Positions 15,023 through 27,905 are shown, numbered from the stretch's first letter. The stretch: 64,000 nt of DNA from Eledone cirrhosa (GCA_964016885.1 OZ024744.1:93062001-93126000); one strand, 5' to 3'. The notes: generated by a model from the sequence alone, not told the origin. A program made the numbers and translations.

Positions 15023-17473
15023 TACTCTCGGGTCCAAAATAATAGTGGGGTGGAGTGGGGGTGGACGAGTGGAATAAGTAGAGGTGTGTGAGGGGAGAGT
15101 CCAGTAATTTTTCTAAGTTGTTTCCATTGATTTGTTTTAAAAAACCAGAATTAGTTGTTTAGTTTACACATCAAGACCTCAACCCATCCCTATCTATTTC
15201 TAGTAATGTACATTTTTTGTTATGAATCATTTTCTTTTAAATGTATCATCATCATCAACGTTTAACGTCCGTGTTCCACGCTTACATGGGTTTGGACGGG
15301 GGTATTCCCACTTGAGGCAAGAGTGATTGTCTTGCTCGCATAGGACTGTCTGGCAGGTTTTCTACAGTTGGATGCCCTTCCTAACACCAACCACATTTAC
15401 AGTGTGGGTCTGGGAGGTTTTTACCGTGTTGCCTACACGGCCACATTACAGCGTGGACTGTGTGTTTTTTTGTCGTGACACCTACACAATCTCATTTGTT
15501 TCGGCCTGGATGGCGTGGCACCAACATAACTTTACATAGAAGGTGGTGGTGTGGATGGGGTGGGGGTGGTGGGACAGGGTGTATTTTGTTAGTAAAACCT
15601 ACTACAGCCAGTAGGCATCTCTATGTATTTAGGTAAGGCGGGTCTTCTCTGTTACTGAGTACCGCCAAAGGTCTCGGTCCAGTGACATTGTCTTGGAGAG
15701 GTGTAAGTGTGTGAGGTCGGAGTTTATCAGCTCGTCCCAGGTTTTTCTAGGTCTGCCTATTCCGTGGCTACCGTCTATCTTTATTGCCCTGCACTTTGTT
15801 ATACAGCTATCGACTTTCATGCGCATCACGTGTCCATACCAACGTAGCCTTCTCTCGAGTAAACAACATCTGATCCCTCTTATTTCTAATTTTTTCCTTA
15901 GTTCGTTTATGCTTTGCCGTTCACGTATATTACTGTTACACATCCAGCGGAGCATGCAAGCTTCGTTCCTCTCTAGTCTGCGTATATCCTCTGCACACAA
16001 TGCCCAGGTCTCACTGCCATGCAACATTTTTGTTCGTATGCAGGCATCATACAACCTGCCTTTCATTTTTAGGGAGAACCCTTTAGCAGCTAATAGTGGT
16101 ATAAGCTCTCTGAACTTTTTCCATCCAGTTCTGACTCTAGCTACTGTACTTTCAGAGCACCCTCCCCCACTGCTGATTTTGTCACCCAGGTAACGGAAGC
16201 TGTCCACTATTTCTATAGAGCCCTCTGCGCAGTTGTAAGAGCTAGTATTTTGTGGGCACTTGCTGCTACTTATTGCACCAGAGCACCAGCCACATGTCAA
16301 ATCTATGTTCTTAGTTAGCTTACCTGTGATCCCACTACATCTTTTATGCACCCATACTTTGCATTTGGGACATAAAATGGAGTTTCTACCTACGCCTTTC
16401 CTACACACTGAGCATGGCCATTTCCCAGAAGGTACCGCCGCCTTATTTTCTTTCCTACAAACTAGAACTTTAGTCTTAGCCAGGTTAATTTTAAGGCCTT
16501 TTGATTCTAGGCCGTGCTTCCATGTTTGGAATTTCTTCTCTAGCTCGGCCATTGATTCAGCTATGAGTGTCAGGTCGTCTGCGTATAGGAGTTCCCATGG
16601 GCAGCCGGTCTTGAACTCCTCTGTTATAGCCTGAAGGGCAATAATAAATAGTAGTGGGCTGAGAACAGAGCCCTGATGGACGCCAACTTTTACGCTAAAC
16701 TCTTCACTATATTCGTTGTTAATTCTAACCTTGCTGACTGTTTCTTTATACATGGCTTGTATAGCTCTCACAAGCCATTCGTCAACACCTAGTTTTCTAA
16801 AAGCCCACCAGATAATGGAACGGGGGACTCTGTCGAAGGCCTTCTCCAAGTCGACAAAAGCTAAGTAGAGGGGTTTACCTTTAGCTCGGTACTTCTCCTG
16901 TAGTTGTCGTACAATGAAATGAGCGTCTGTGGTACTTTTGCCTGACACAAACCCGAACTGCATTTCATCTAGGTCAATTCTCTCTCTGATTAGTTGCGCT
17001 ATTACTTTTTCCATGACCTTCATGACCTGGTCGATTAGTTTAATGCCTCTATAGTTACTCCTATCTAGGGCATCTCCTTTACCCTTATTTACAGTTAACG
17101 ATGATGCTGCTATGCCAGACCTTCGGAACAACCCCATTCTGTACGACTTGGTTAACTATCCGGGTGACCATGGTGTGTCCCACCGTGCCAGATGCCTTCA
17201 GCATCTCAGCAACTATTTCCGAAGGCCCAGCCGCCTTACCCGTCTTCATATCCTTGATTGCCTTACTTATTATACTCCCCTCGACTAACACTGCTGGTCC
17301 CTCTATTGGGTCGATGTGGGGGAGAAAATTAATTGTCGCAGGAATGCTACCACTTAGAATAAAATTCCATCGGAGATTGATTAGCAAAATGTAATAAGCA
17401 GAAGGGTGGGGTGGAATAAGATCTGAAAAATTAATAAGTGTGGGAGTGGCCGATTATTCGAGACCTGAGAGTA
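15023..17473. mobile_element. TA-flanked TIR element (Tc1/mariner-pogo-like MITE) interrupted by the LINE
   Basis: TA-CTCTCGGGTCCAAAATAAT (15023-15043) versus the reverse complement of 17453-17473, TA-CTCTCAGGTCTCGAATAAT: 15/19 identity plus TA at both ends. Confidence 0.55.
15244..17335 (-). mobile_element. 5'-truncated, relatively young RTE-clade LINE: RT, PHD-like finger, C-terminal domain, 3' UTR and (GAT)n tail; one frameshift near 17088
   Basis: ORFs 17085-17387 and 15629-17137 join: KAAGPSEIVAEML, KGKGDALDRSNYRGIKL, QFGF, FVDLEKAFDRV, GVHQGSVLSPLLF, YADD (16574-16585), FRYLG, RLRWYGHVMR, GRPRKTW, DRDLWR. Tail is (CAT)n on the + strand at ~15246. Confidence 0.93.
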
Positions 17474-19093
17474 GTCACCACAATACAGATAACTATAATT
17501 GTTTCTACTTTTGGCACAGGGCTAGTAATTATCCCAGTGTATTACTAGTACTTTATTTTATCAACCCCATAAAGATGAAAGGCAAAGTTAACCTCAGCGG
17601 GATTTGAACTCAGAACATAAAGGGCCATAATTATGCTGCAAAGCATGATGTCTGACGCTCTACTGATACTGCCAATCCACCACCTTTTAGATAACTATAA
17701 CAACAGTTGATCACTATAAATAATAGTTGAGAGTAAATCTGGCAAAGTCTACTTCACTGGATTTTTTCAACTATTTACAGTTAACTACTATTTTAGATAT
17801 CTGCAGTCTGGCAACTATATTTTCAAACTAATCTAAACTATAATAAAGTAAGAAGCGCGGGACTGCGTACTGTTTATAATTTTTTATCCCCTTAGTAAAA
17901 TAAGTTGGATTACTTTGAATAAATAATGAATGAATATTACATAATTTATTCACTAAATTTCATGACTGTTCATTAAATATATTTTATTACTTATTCTTCA
18001 AAGATTCACTTCTTTAAAATTTTCAAATGTCAACACTTCCGGTTAGCGATCATTTAAATAAACATTCATATATTTCTGTCACTAATTTTCTCCTAATGCA
18101 GTTTATATATAATATCGTCTTTTTTAATGTATCATGGATTACGTTACTGATTACATAAGACAGTGAAACACAGTCTTTGTTCAATTTTTGTGTATATTGT
18201 CAATTACGATTTTATTTGATGTATCATATCTACATGTATATATACTTGCATATAATATCAATATGCAATCTACACATGCTAGCAGAAAACCACCCGAAGA
18301 GTGGTTTTTCTGCTAGTTATTAAAATTATAATATTGGTAAGTGTACAAGACAAACCACAAACAAATATATGTCTAAACACAAACAGATACACATTTGGAC
18401 AGACAGACACATGCACACATCATTATCATCATTTTCCCATAGATTTTTCTATGCTGGCATGGGTTGGACAACATTTTCTTTTGAAGCAGCAGATGTCCTT
18501 CCTAACACCAACACAATTTATTAGTGTAATATATACTGTTTATCACCAAAATGCTATATTGTGAGATGTATTGTTTATGCTGGACATAGTTACATGCTGC
18601 TGTAAGCATTTTCAGTAAACTGATGCATGTACACATGCACACACACACACACACACAGAGTGTGTGTGTGTGTGTGTGTGTGCATGTGAGTGAGTTTCTC
18701 CGATAGCACAGGCAGCAGAAGTTGGATTCACGATCATAAGGTTGTGGATTCCTGGACTATGTGACGCATTGTGACCTTGAGCAAGATGCTTTATATCATG
18801 TTGCTTTTCATGATAAGACTTAGAAGCCCTATCATTAAAACATTAACAAAAAACTCTTATAGGATGCAGCTTTGCTGAAGGCCAGCTAAACCTGCACAGG
18901 TGTGAGCTGTAAATTTTATTTACTCTCACATACACACACAAGCATATGACAGACTTCTTTTACAGTTTCCATCTACCAAATATACAAGGCATTGGTCAGA
19001 TTGAGGTTAAGGTAGAAGAAACTTGCTCAAGGTTGTGTGCAGTCAGATGAAGCCTGAAACCACATTGCTGAGTGAACCTCTTAACCATGCAGC

Positions 19094-19163
<70 letters not shown>

Positions 19164-20110
19164 TATATATATATATATACACACACATATTTATCTATAT
19201 ATCTCTATATATATTGACATGAAAAAAAAAAGCACCCAGTCCACCCTGTAAGGTGGTCGTGTTGGTAACATGACAAAAAGCACTGAGTTCATCCTGTAAG
19301 ATGGCCGTTTTGGTGCCACGATAAAAAGCACCCAATCCACACTGTAAATTGGTTGATGTTAGGAAGGGCTTTCATAGAAACTGAGCCAAAATACAGATCT
19401 GTACGAGTATGACATGGACTCTTAACATGACAACTTGTCTAACCCATGTAAGCGTGGAAAAAATATATGTTAAAGGATGATGATGATAGTACACATTCCA
19501 TAACAAAATGCACTCAATACACTGTAAAATGTAAATGGTGTTGGGTAGAGAGAACTCTTTGGTATTGTTAAAGACACGACAACCTTCCTAATGCTGGTGC
19601 CATGATAATATACACCCAGTACACTGTGTAAAGTGGTTAGTGTTATGAAGGAGATTCAGCTATAGAAACCATGCCAAAACTGGAATGCATGCGTGTACAC
19701 TGATTATCAGACACACAAACATGATAATACAGGATTAAAATATATACTAAGAATTAATTCACAGTTGACTCCTAAATTACTAATAGTTTACTGAATTATG
19801 GTGGAACTGTGTCAGTGATAGGTTGAAGACAAAGCAATGAAAATTTTGACACCAAGAAATAAATGATAAATATTTTTTGTATGTTTCTTTTTAAATGACT
19901 AAAATGTAATTGTTTTAGATTCAACACAGTCTCAGATCAAGTCACTTGCCAGACATGTACAACTGTAGCTAAAATGACTCTTCCATTGTGTAATTACTTT
20001 AGCTTTAACACAGTTACAGATCAAATCACTTGCCAGACATGTACAACTCCATAAATGTGAATATTAAGTTGGAAGTGAAATTAAAATATATAAACCCAAA
20101 AGATACATAC

Positions 20111-20185
20111 CCTGGTTATTTGGTTCAGGTAAGTTTTCTCTTGCTACTAGATGCATCACAGTCTTCCCAAGGGGGAGCTGAAGAG
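20111..20185 (-). CDS. UBL3: UBL3 coding exon (75 nt, phase 1 to 1): (A)LQLPLGKTVMHLVARENLPEPNNQ
   Basis: Matches ALKLPFGKTTVMHLVARETLPEPNSQ of human UBL3. Acceptor ttcttttacag; CAGG|GTATGT donor. Confidence 0.96.
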
Positions 20186-20461
20186 CTGTAAAAGAATATA
20201 AAAATTAATTATATTTTTTTTCATAAGCACAAGAACAACTTTGGTAGCGAGATTATTTTTTTTATATAATTGGTTAACAATACAAGTTGTCGTTTATGGG
20301 TGTCTAACAGGCTTAACACTAGTTCACTGTATTTCTAATAGTGACAGTGTCAAGGGAAAGTTTGTAACTTCAAGGCAGAACAAATATCAAAGGTTGTCAT
20401 TTAAAGTTCACTGATTTTGTAGTTTTCTTGCTGATATATATTGACAAAAGATACATACAGG

Positions 20462-20511
<50 letters not shown>

Positions 20512-20534
20512 TAGACATATAAATAGCTCTACAT

Positions 20535-22485
20535 GATGACTTTGATGAGAAGGAGGAAGAAATAGACAAATATGACATTGAAGACAATTGGAAGTTCCTA
20601 TGTGACAATCTACTGCAGGCCACTAAAGAGATCCATAGCTGGAGCAAGATATTAACTAGACGATATCTTGTAGACATAGCTTTAATAGCTAAGAGACAGA
20701 CAAGGAAAGATTGGAAAAAATGAGGGCTGTAAAGAACAATATCAAGTAGCTAGAAGAGAAGCCAGATGATAGGTTTACATCACATTTAATAAAACTGATA
20801 TGTTAGCTGTTCTGCATTGCAAAACTGTGTGTCAGTGTGAATCAGGATGTTGTCGGAGAAAAATATGTTTGAAATAACACTGGTGCACTTTGTACCACTG
20901 ATGCTTAGAAGAAAAAAGGCTTGAAAACATTATGAGAGGTTGGTGAGAATGAGTGGAAGGAAGAGGGACTAACCACAGCTGACTTAACAGTTGACAGTTA
21001 CAAGATCAAAGAAGCAGATCAAGGAGATGAGAAATGGTAAAGCAGCTGGACCTTCAGAGATAGTTGCTGAGATGTTGAAATCATCTAGTGAAATAGGACT
21101 CAAGCTAGTCACACTAATAATCAAGAAATACATGATGGTGTCATACCTAATGACTGGCACAGTAGTATAATCATTAACAGTTACAAGAGAAAAGGTGATA
21201 ACTTCAGAAAGGAACAACAGCAGGGGCATAAAACTGAAGGATCAAGTGATGAAAATAAAGTATTTTAGCAGTTTGGTTTTGTGCCAGGAAGGAACACCAT
21301 AGACCCTTCTTAGTGAGGCAACTGCCTGAGAAGTTTGTAGTAAAATGTAAGTCATTATATCTAATTTTCATCCATCTAGAGAAAGTATTTGACTTGAGTA
21401 CTACAATCTGTAGATGAGTGGCTTGTAAGAGTAATGCAAGTCATATACAGAGGAGCTGAGCTGTCAGTAAAGTGAGAGTAGGTAATGTGTTTAGAGAGGA
21501 ATTGAATGTGTTGTGGGAGTTCATCAGGGCTCAGTCCTCAACCCACCCCTGTTTATTAGAGTTCTCCAAACCATAACAGAGGGATTTAGAAACTCCTATA
21601 TGCTGATGATTTAGTACTTCTAGCCAAATTTGCAGAAGATTTAGCAAAGAAATTCTTACTGTGGAAACATAGCTTAGAATCAAAAGGGCTCAGAGTAAAC
21701 CTTGCAAAGACCAAAGTTTTAGTAAGTAGGAAAGAAGATAGGACTCTGGTTCCATTAGGGAAGTGGCATTTCTTAATATGTAGAAAAGAAGAAAATGTAA
21801 AATATAGGTGCACAAGAGCTGTAGAGGGATAACAGGCAGGCTATAAAAAAATGTAGACTTTGTATATAGGAGATGCACAAAAGTAGTTATTAGTAAGCAC
21901 TCAAATGAAAAACTTTTTCCAATCCCAGCAGGGATGTATATTTGATAGCTTCTGTTACCTACGTTACCTAATTAACAGTAGAGGATGTTCCTCTGGAAGT
22001 AAGTAGCTAGAATAAAACAGTATGGATAAAGTTCAGGGAGCTACTACCTCTGTTTACAACAAAAGGTTTCTCTCTAGAAAGAAAGGGTCGGTTGTACACT
22101 ATCTGCATATGAAACGCTATGTCGTATAGAAGTGTAACATGGACTGTAAATGCAGAGAATGTGTGAAGACTCGAGAGAAATTAAGCATTCGATCTATGGT
22201 GTTAATTGTAAAGCAACGATGAGCTGAAAGAGAAAATTGCATTTGTATGAACATGTGATACACATGGATGATGATCATTGGGTGAAGAGGTGCCAGGGGT
22301 GCTCAATGGAAATAAACTGCAGCAGAGGAAAAATAAGACCTGGGTGGAAGTGGTGAGAGCTGATCTCAAAATGCTGAACCTCAGAGAAGAGATGATGACG
22401 AAATGCAACAAATGGAGGGTAGCTGTGTTGGAAAAACACATCCAACCTTTGAAAGAATGGAAAAATGGATGTAAAAAGATGATTA
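20535..22485 (+). mobile_element. Decayed copy of the same PHD-RTE LINE family (many stops and frameshifts)
   Basis: Recognisable GKAAGPSEIVAEMLK, GVHQGSVL, LLYADDLVL, LESKGLRVNLAKTKVL, KTWVEVVRADL; ends with the family 3' tail. Confidence 0.88.
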
Positions 22486-23009
22486 ACACACACGTGTATG
22501 CATGCATGTGTATATACTATGGTGATCTACACCATAAGAGCACCCAGTGCACACTGCAAAGTGATTCGTATTAAGAAGGGCATCCAGCTGTAGAAAGTTT
22601 TCCAAACAATATATATATGTACACATACATACATATGTATATGTCTATAAACAAACATCTATTCTAAAAACAATGGATGCACACACATATATATATATAC
22701 ATATACACACACGCACATATATAGATCCATACATATTTACATATATACACACATGCGCGCGCACTCACATACACATACATTGGACCTCATTATTCAATTT
22801 TCCACAGACATAAAATGTGGAGAAGTTGTGCCTTCCCCTGAAAACCTAAATATGAGGGGCTTGACAAAACTTCTAGTCAGGTGACAACTATAGGTATCTT
22901 GGACAGGATGAAAAATGCCAGATATGATGGACCCATAAATATGAATACCCAAGGAAAAAAAGAGAATATGGTCATCAGAACTCATCCTACAAGCTAACAT
23001 CATTGCCAA

Positions 23010-25850
23010 CAACACTTATGCAATGGTATATGTATGAATGATGCAGCATAAATGAAATGAGGCAAATAAAACTCTGTATAAGAAGAATCTGCCAAGTGCA
23101 AAAGAGAAAAATGTGTTGGTGTGGACATGTGATGAATATGGAAGATGATAAAGGGCAGAGAAATCTCAACAGATGGGACTTGTGGAAGGGACAGACCTTA
23201 GAAGCCTGAGACAAGTCAATACAACTTGTTGCCAATCCTTGCAAGTCAGTAGTTGTACTGACTTGCGAGGACTGGCGACAAGTTATATTGGCTTGCGAAC
23301 ATTGGCAACAAGTTGTACAGACTTGCCAAAATTGGCCACAAGTTGTTCAGGCTTGCCAAGATTGGCCACAAGTTGTTCAGGCTTGCCAAGATTGGCAACA
23401 AGTGGTATAGGCTTGCTCAGGTTGGCCACAAGGGGTACAAGGTTGGCAACAGGGGTACAGGCTTGCCAAGGTTGGCAACAAGGGGTACAGGCTTGCCTAG
23501 GTTGGCAACAAGGGGTACAGGCTTGCCTAGGTTGGCAACAAGGGGTACAGGCTTGCCTAGGTTGGCAACAAGGGGTACAGGCTTGCCAAGGTTGGCAACA
23601 AGGGGTACAGGCTTGCCAAGGTTGGCAACAAGGGGTACAGGCTTGCCAAGGTTGGCAACAAGGGGTACAGGCTTGCCAAGGGGTACAGGCTTGCCAAGGT
23701 TGGCAACAAGTGGTACAGGCTTGCCAAGGTTGGCAACAAGTGGTACAGGCTTGCCAAGGTTGGCAACAAGTGGTACAGGCTTGCCAAGGTTGGCAACAAG
23801 TGGTACAGGCTTGCCAAGGTTGGCAACAAGTGGTACAGGCTTGCCAAGGTTGGCAACAAGTGGTACAGGCTTGCCAAGGTTGGCAACAAATGGTACAGGC
23901 TTGCCAAGGTTGGCAACAAGTGGTACAGGCTTGCCAAGGTTGGCAACAAGTGGTACAGGCTTGCCAAGGTTGGCAACAAGTGGTACAGGCTTGCCAAGGT
24001 TGGCAACAAGTGGTACAGGCTTGCCAAGGTTGGCAACAAGTGGTACAGGCTTGCCAAGGTTGGCAACAAGTGGTACAGACTTGCCAAGGTTGGCAACAAG
24101 TGGTACAGACTTGCCAAGGTTGGCAACAAGTGGTACAGACTTGCCAAGGTTGGCAACAAGTGGTACAGACTTGCCAAGATTGGCAACAAGTTGTACTGGC
24201 TTGCAAAGATTGGCAACAAGTTGTATTGGCTTGCAAAGATTGGCAACAAGTTGTATTGGCTTGCAAAGATTGGCAACAAGTTGTATTGGCTTGCAAAGAT
24301 TGGCAACAAGTTGTATTGGCTTGCAAAGATTGGCAACAAGTTGTATTGGCTTGCAAAGATTGGCAACAAGTTGTATTGGCTTGCAAAGATTGGCAACAAG
24401 TTGTATTGGCTTGCAAAGATTGGCAACAAGTTGTATTGGCTTGCAAAGATTGGCAACAAGTTGTATTGGCTTGCAAAGATTGGCAACAAGTTGTATTGGC
24501 TTGCAAAGATTGGCAACAAGTTGTATTGGCTTGCAAAGATTGGCAACAAGTTGTATTGGCTTGCAAAGATTGGCAACAAGTTGTATTGGCTTGCAAAGAT
24601 TGGCAACAAGTTGTATTGGCTTGCAAAGATTGGCAACAAGTTGTATTGGCTTGCAAAGATTGGCAACAAGTTGTATTGGCTTGCAAAGATTGGCAACAAG
24701 TTGTATTGGCTTGCAAAGATTGGCAACAAGTTGTATTGGCTTGCAAAGATTGGCAACAAGTTGTATTGGCTTGCAAAGATTGGCAACAAGTTGTATTGGC
24801 TTGCAAAGATTGGCAACAAGTTGTATTGGCTTGCGAAGATTGGCAACAAGGTGTATTGGCTTGCGAAGATTGGCAACAAGGTGTATTGGCTTGCGAAGAT
24901 TGGCAACAAGGTGTATTGGCTTGCGAAGATTGGCAACAAGGCGTATTGGCTTGCGAAGATTGGCAACAAGGTGTATTGGCTTGTGAAGATTGGCAACAAG
25001 GCGTATTGGCTTGCGAAGATTGGCAACAAGGTGTATTGGCTTGTGAAGATTGGCAACAAGGTGTATTGGCTTGTGAAGATCAACAAGTTGTATTGGCTTG
25101 TGAAGGTTGGCAACAAGGTGTATTGGCTTGTGAAGGTTGGCAACAAGGTGTATTGGCTTGTGAAGGTTGGCAACAAGTTGTATTGGCTTGTGAAGGTTGG
25201 CAACAAGTTGTATTGGCTTGTGAAGGTTGGCAACAAGTTGTATTGGCTTGTGAAGGTTGGCAACAAGTTGTATTGGCTTGTGAAGGTTGGCAACAAGTTG
25301 TATTGGCTTGTGAAGATTGGCAACAAGTTGTACTGGCTTGTGAAGGTTGGCAACAAGTTGTACTGGCTTGCGAAGATTGGCAACAAGTTGTATTGGCTTG
25401 TGAAGATTGGCAACAAGTGGTACTGGCTTGTGAAGATTGGCAACAAGTGGTACTGGCTTGTGAAGATTGGCAACAAGTGGTACTGGCTTGCGAAGATTGG
25501 CAACAAGTGGTACTAGAAAAGACTCACCTACCAGTATTCAAAATGTGACTCGACCCATTTTTGCCTGACCTCCTTAGTAACTATTCCCACCAATATTCTG
25601 CATCTCACCGCCACTCTATCCAGGACGATTCTTACCGTAAAGTAATTCTTTAGTAGCTGTTCACATCATAGTATTCCCCAATCTATCCTAGATCACTATC
25701 ACTCTCCTCCCTTTCATCACATTGTCAAATTCAACCAGTTGTTATAGACGCCCTCCTTGCCAATCACCATAGTACTGGTGCTATTTGTAAATTGGTCAGT
25801 GTTTGGAAGGGATTTAAGCTGTAGAAACCATGCCAAAAATGGTTAAGAGG
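23010..25850 (+). mobile_element. RTE LINE 3' fragment containing the 30-bp minisatellite
   Basis: tggtgtggacatgtgatg (WxGHVM) lies upstream. The array exits into ...WQQVVLEKTHLP-stop and a C-rich 3' UTR, as in the uninterrupted copy at 34640-35400. Confidence 0.75.
23256..25515 (+). repeat. 30-bp minisatellite, ~75 copies (e.g. GGCTTGCAAAGATTGGCAACAAGTTGTATT)
   Basis: Exact 30-nt periodicity visible; variants occur in blocks; produces spurious ORFs with a 10-aa period in several frames. Confidence 0.98.
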
Positions 25851-26564
25851 ACACATCAGTGATGGCATAACCTCTTTAGTATTGGTGTCGCAATAAAATA
25901 AACCCAATACATCCTGTAAAGTAATTGGTGATAGGAATGATATCTAGCCATAGAAAAATTGCTAAACAAAGAGCCAAGAGGGCTCTTCAGTTGTGCTAAA
26001 TACATGACAACCTCCTTAGTGCCATGATAAAATGCACCAGGTACACCTTGTAGAGTGTAGGAATGTATGTGAGATGCCCCCTAACCCACCCCTGTCAACT
26101 GATACATAACAGTAACTTAAGCAGGCACATCCTTATCAGATAGTATTTTACAGGTAAACAAAGTTGGTAATAGACCGAAGAATGTAAGGTGATTATCCAC
26201 ATTTTTCTGCCTCAAGGGGTTATCATCATCATCACCATATAACGACTACTTTTCTACATTTGCATAGATTAGACAGATTGTAATGTTATGAGACAAGTCA
26301 GGTCAGGTGACCACATCTTGCTCATAGGGGATCTGTATTTTGGCTTAGTTTCTACAGTTGGATACCTTTTCTAATGCCAACTATGTTACATATTAGATTG
26401 GGTGCTTTTTCATCAAGTTACCTGCACAACCACCTTCAAGGTGGAATTGCGCTTTTTGTTGTGTCACCAGCGTGACTCCTCAATTTATTCACAACTATTT
26501 TATAGCGATAATTCATGTCTTCGTTCTTTGCTTTATAGCAGTTTGAAAAACACACACACACACT

Positions 26565-26879
26565 CAGTGGAACCTTGGTTCGCGATCAAATCGGTTCACA
26601 AACAATTTTTCCAAACACCAAAATGTCTCGGTTCACGAACAAAGTCTTGAGTAACGAACACACAAGCTGGCAACAAGCTTGGAGTATTAGCGGGAAAGTG
26701 TCACTTGCTGTGTAAGTTACTATGAGGCTATCTATTTGTCTTTCACACAGTCTCTCTTGCTATCTCTGTATTTCTCAACATTTCGTATGGGGGAAAAAAA
26801 AATTGTTTCAGTTTACAAACATTTTGGGTGACGAACAGCCATCAAGTTTGAATTATGTTTGGAAACTGAGGCTCTATGG
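26565..26879. mobile_element. Tigger/pogo-like MITE
   Basis: Left end CAGTGGAACCTTGGTTCGCGA; degenerate right end tttggaaactgaggctctatgg followed by TA; internal ggttcacgaac repeats. Confidence 0.55.
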
Positions 26880-27777
26880 TATATGCATCACCATTTTACA
26901 TTCTCTTTCCAGCCCAGTGTGAAGTGGAAGTGTCATCATGGCTGGAGACAATACTTATTTAGAGTTACTGCCCTCTTAGATGGCACAGATAACCACAAAT
27001 TACTTGAATGTTTCATATTTGGTATGCTTCTTACAGATGGATGCCCCTCTTCACACCAACTACATTAAAGAGTATACACCCACCCACACCCATGTACATA
27101 CATCCATACACACACCCAACAGGGTTCTGCACAATTTCCTGCTATCAAATACCACACACAAGCTATTTGCCAATACAAAGCTATAGTAGAAGATACATAC
27201 CCAAGATAGGGTTATGTGCTAAGAAAAGATGAAAGTGACTAGATGAGAGGAATGATGAGAACAGGAGCCAGTGATGAATGTTCTGGAGAGAAATGGAATG
27301 AGATGGTTGGGTCATGTGTTGAAGGATGAAGATAACTGAGCGAGATGAATAGAGCCAGGATGTGGAGAAGAGAAATAAAATGAGATGGTTCAGTCATGTG
27401 TTGAAGAAGGATGACTGACTGGGTGGGAGAAGTGATGGGAATGAATGTAGAAGAAGATGGAGCAAGGGGAAGACCTCAAAAGACATAGCTGAAGACGATG
27501 GTGGAAGAAGTAAAGACCACAAAGTAGGTGAGGAGAGACACAGTTAATATGGTTAAATAGAGAAGTTAGTCATGAGGCCCTCATAAAATGTTATTGTTGC
27601 TGACGTATTTATATTGTTAACAAGTAGGGAAATTTTTATACGAGAAAAAGCAATCAAAATACAAATACTGATTTTTACCGACAACTTGAAAAAATATCAA
27701 TGCTATAAAATTTTATGTCAGTTTGCAAGTGTTTTGTGCATGCTCACAATAATAATAAATCCTTCAAGTATGTGTGC

Positions 27778-27821
<44 letters not shown>

Positions 27822-27905
27822 ATAATAATAAATTAGAAGACTAAAATCCAAAGAGGGCTCGATAAGGATAAAATATATATCAAATATATAAGAACCGTAG
27901 AGCAA

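Noticed and set aside
15693-17394. Plus-strand ORFs of 97-166 aa
   Set aside because: Antisense shadows of the LINE RT ORF.
23173-25548. 791-aa Cys/Trp/Gln repeat ORF as a structural or metallothionein-like protein
   Set aside because: The array is open in five frames because of its 30-bp unit, derives from a LINE terminus, and lies in a UBL3 intron. Kept as a repeat finding, not a CDS.
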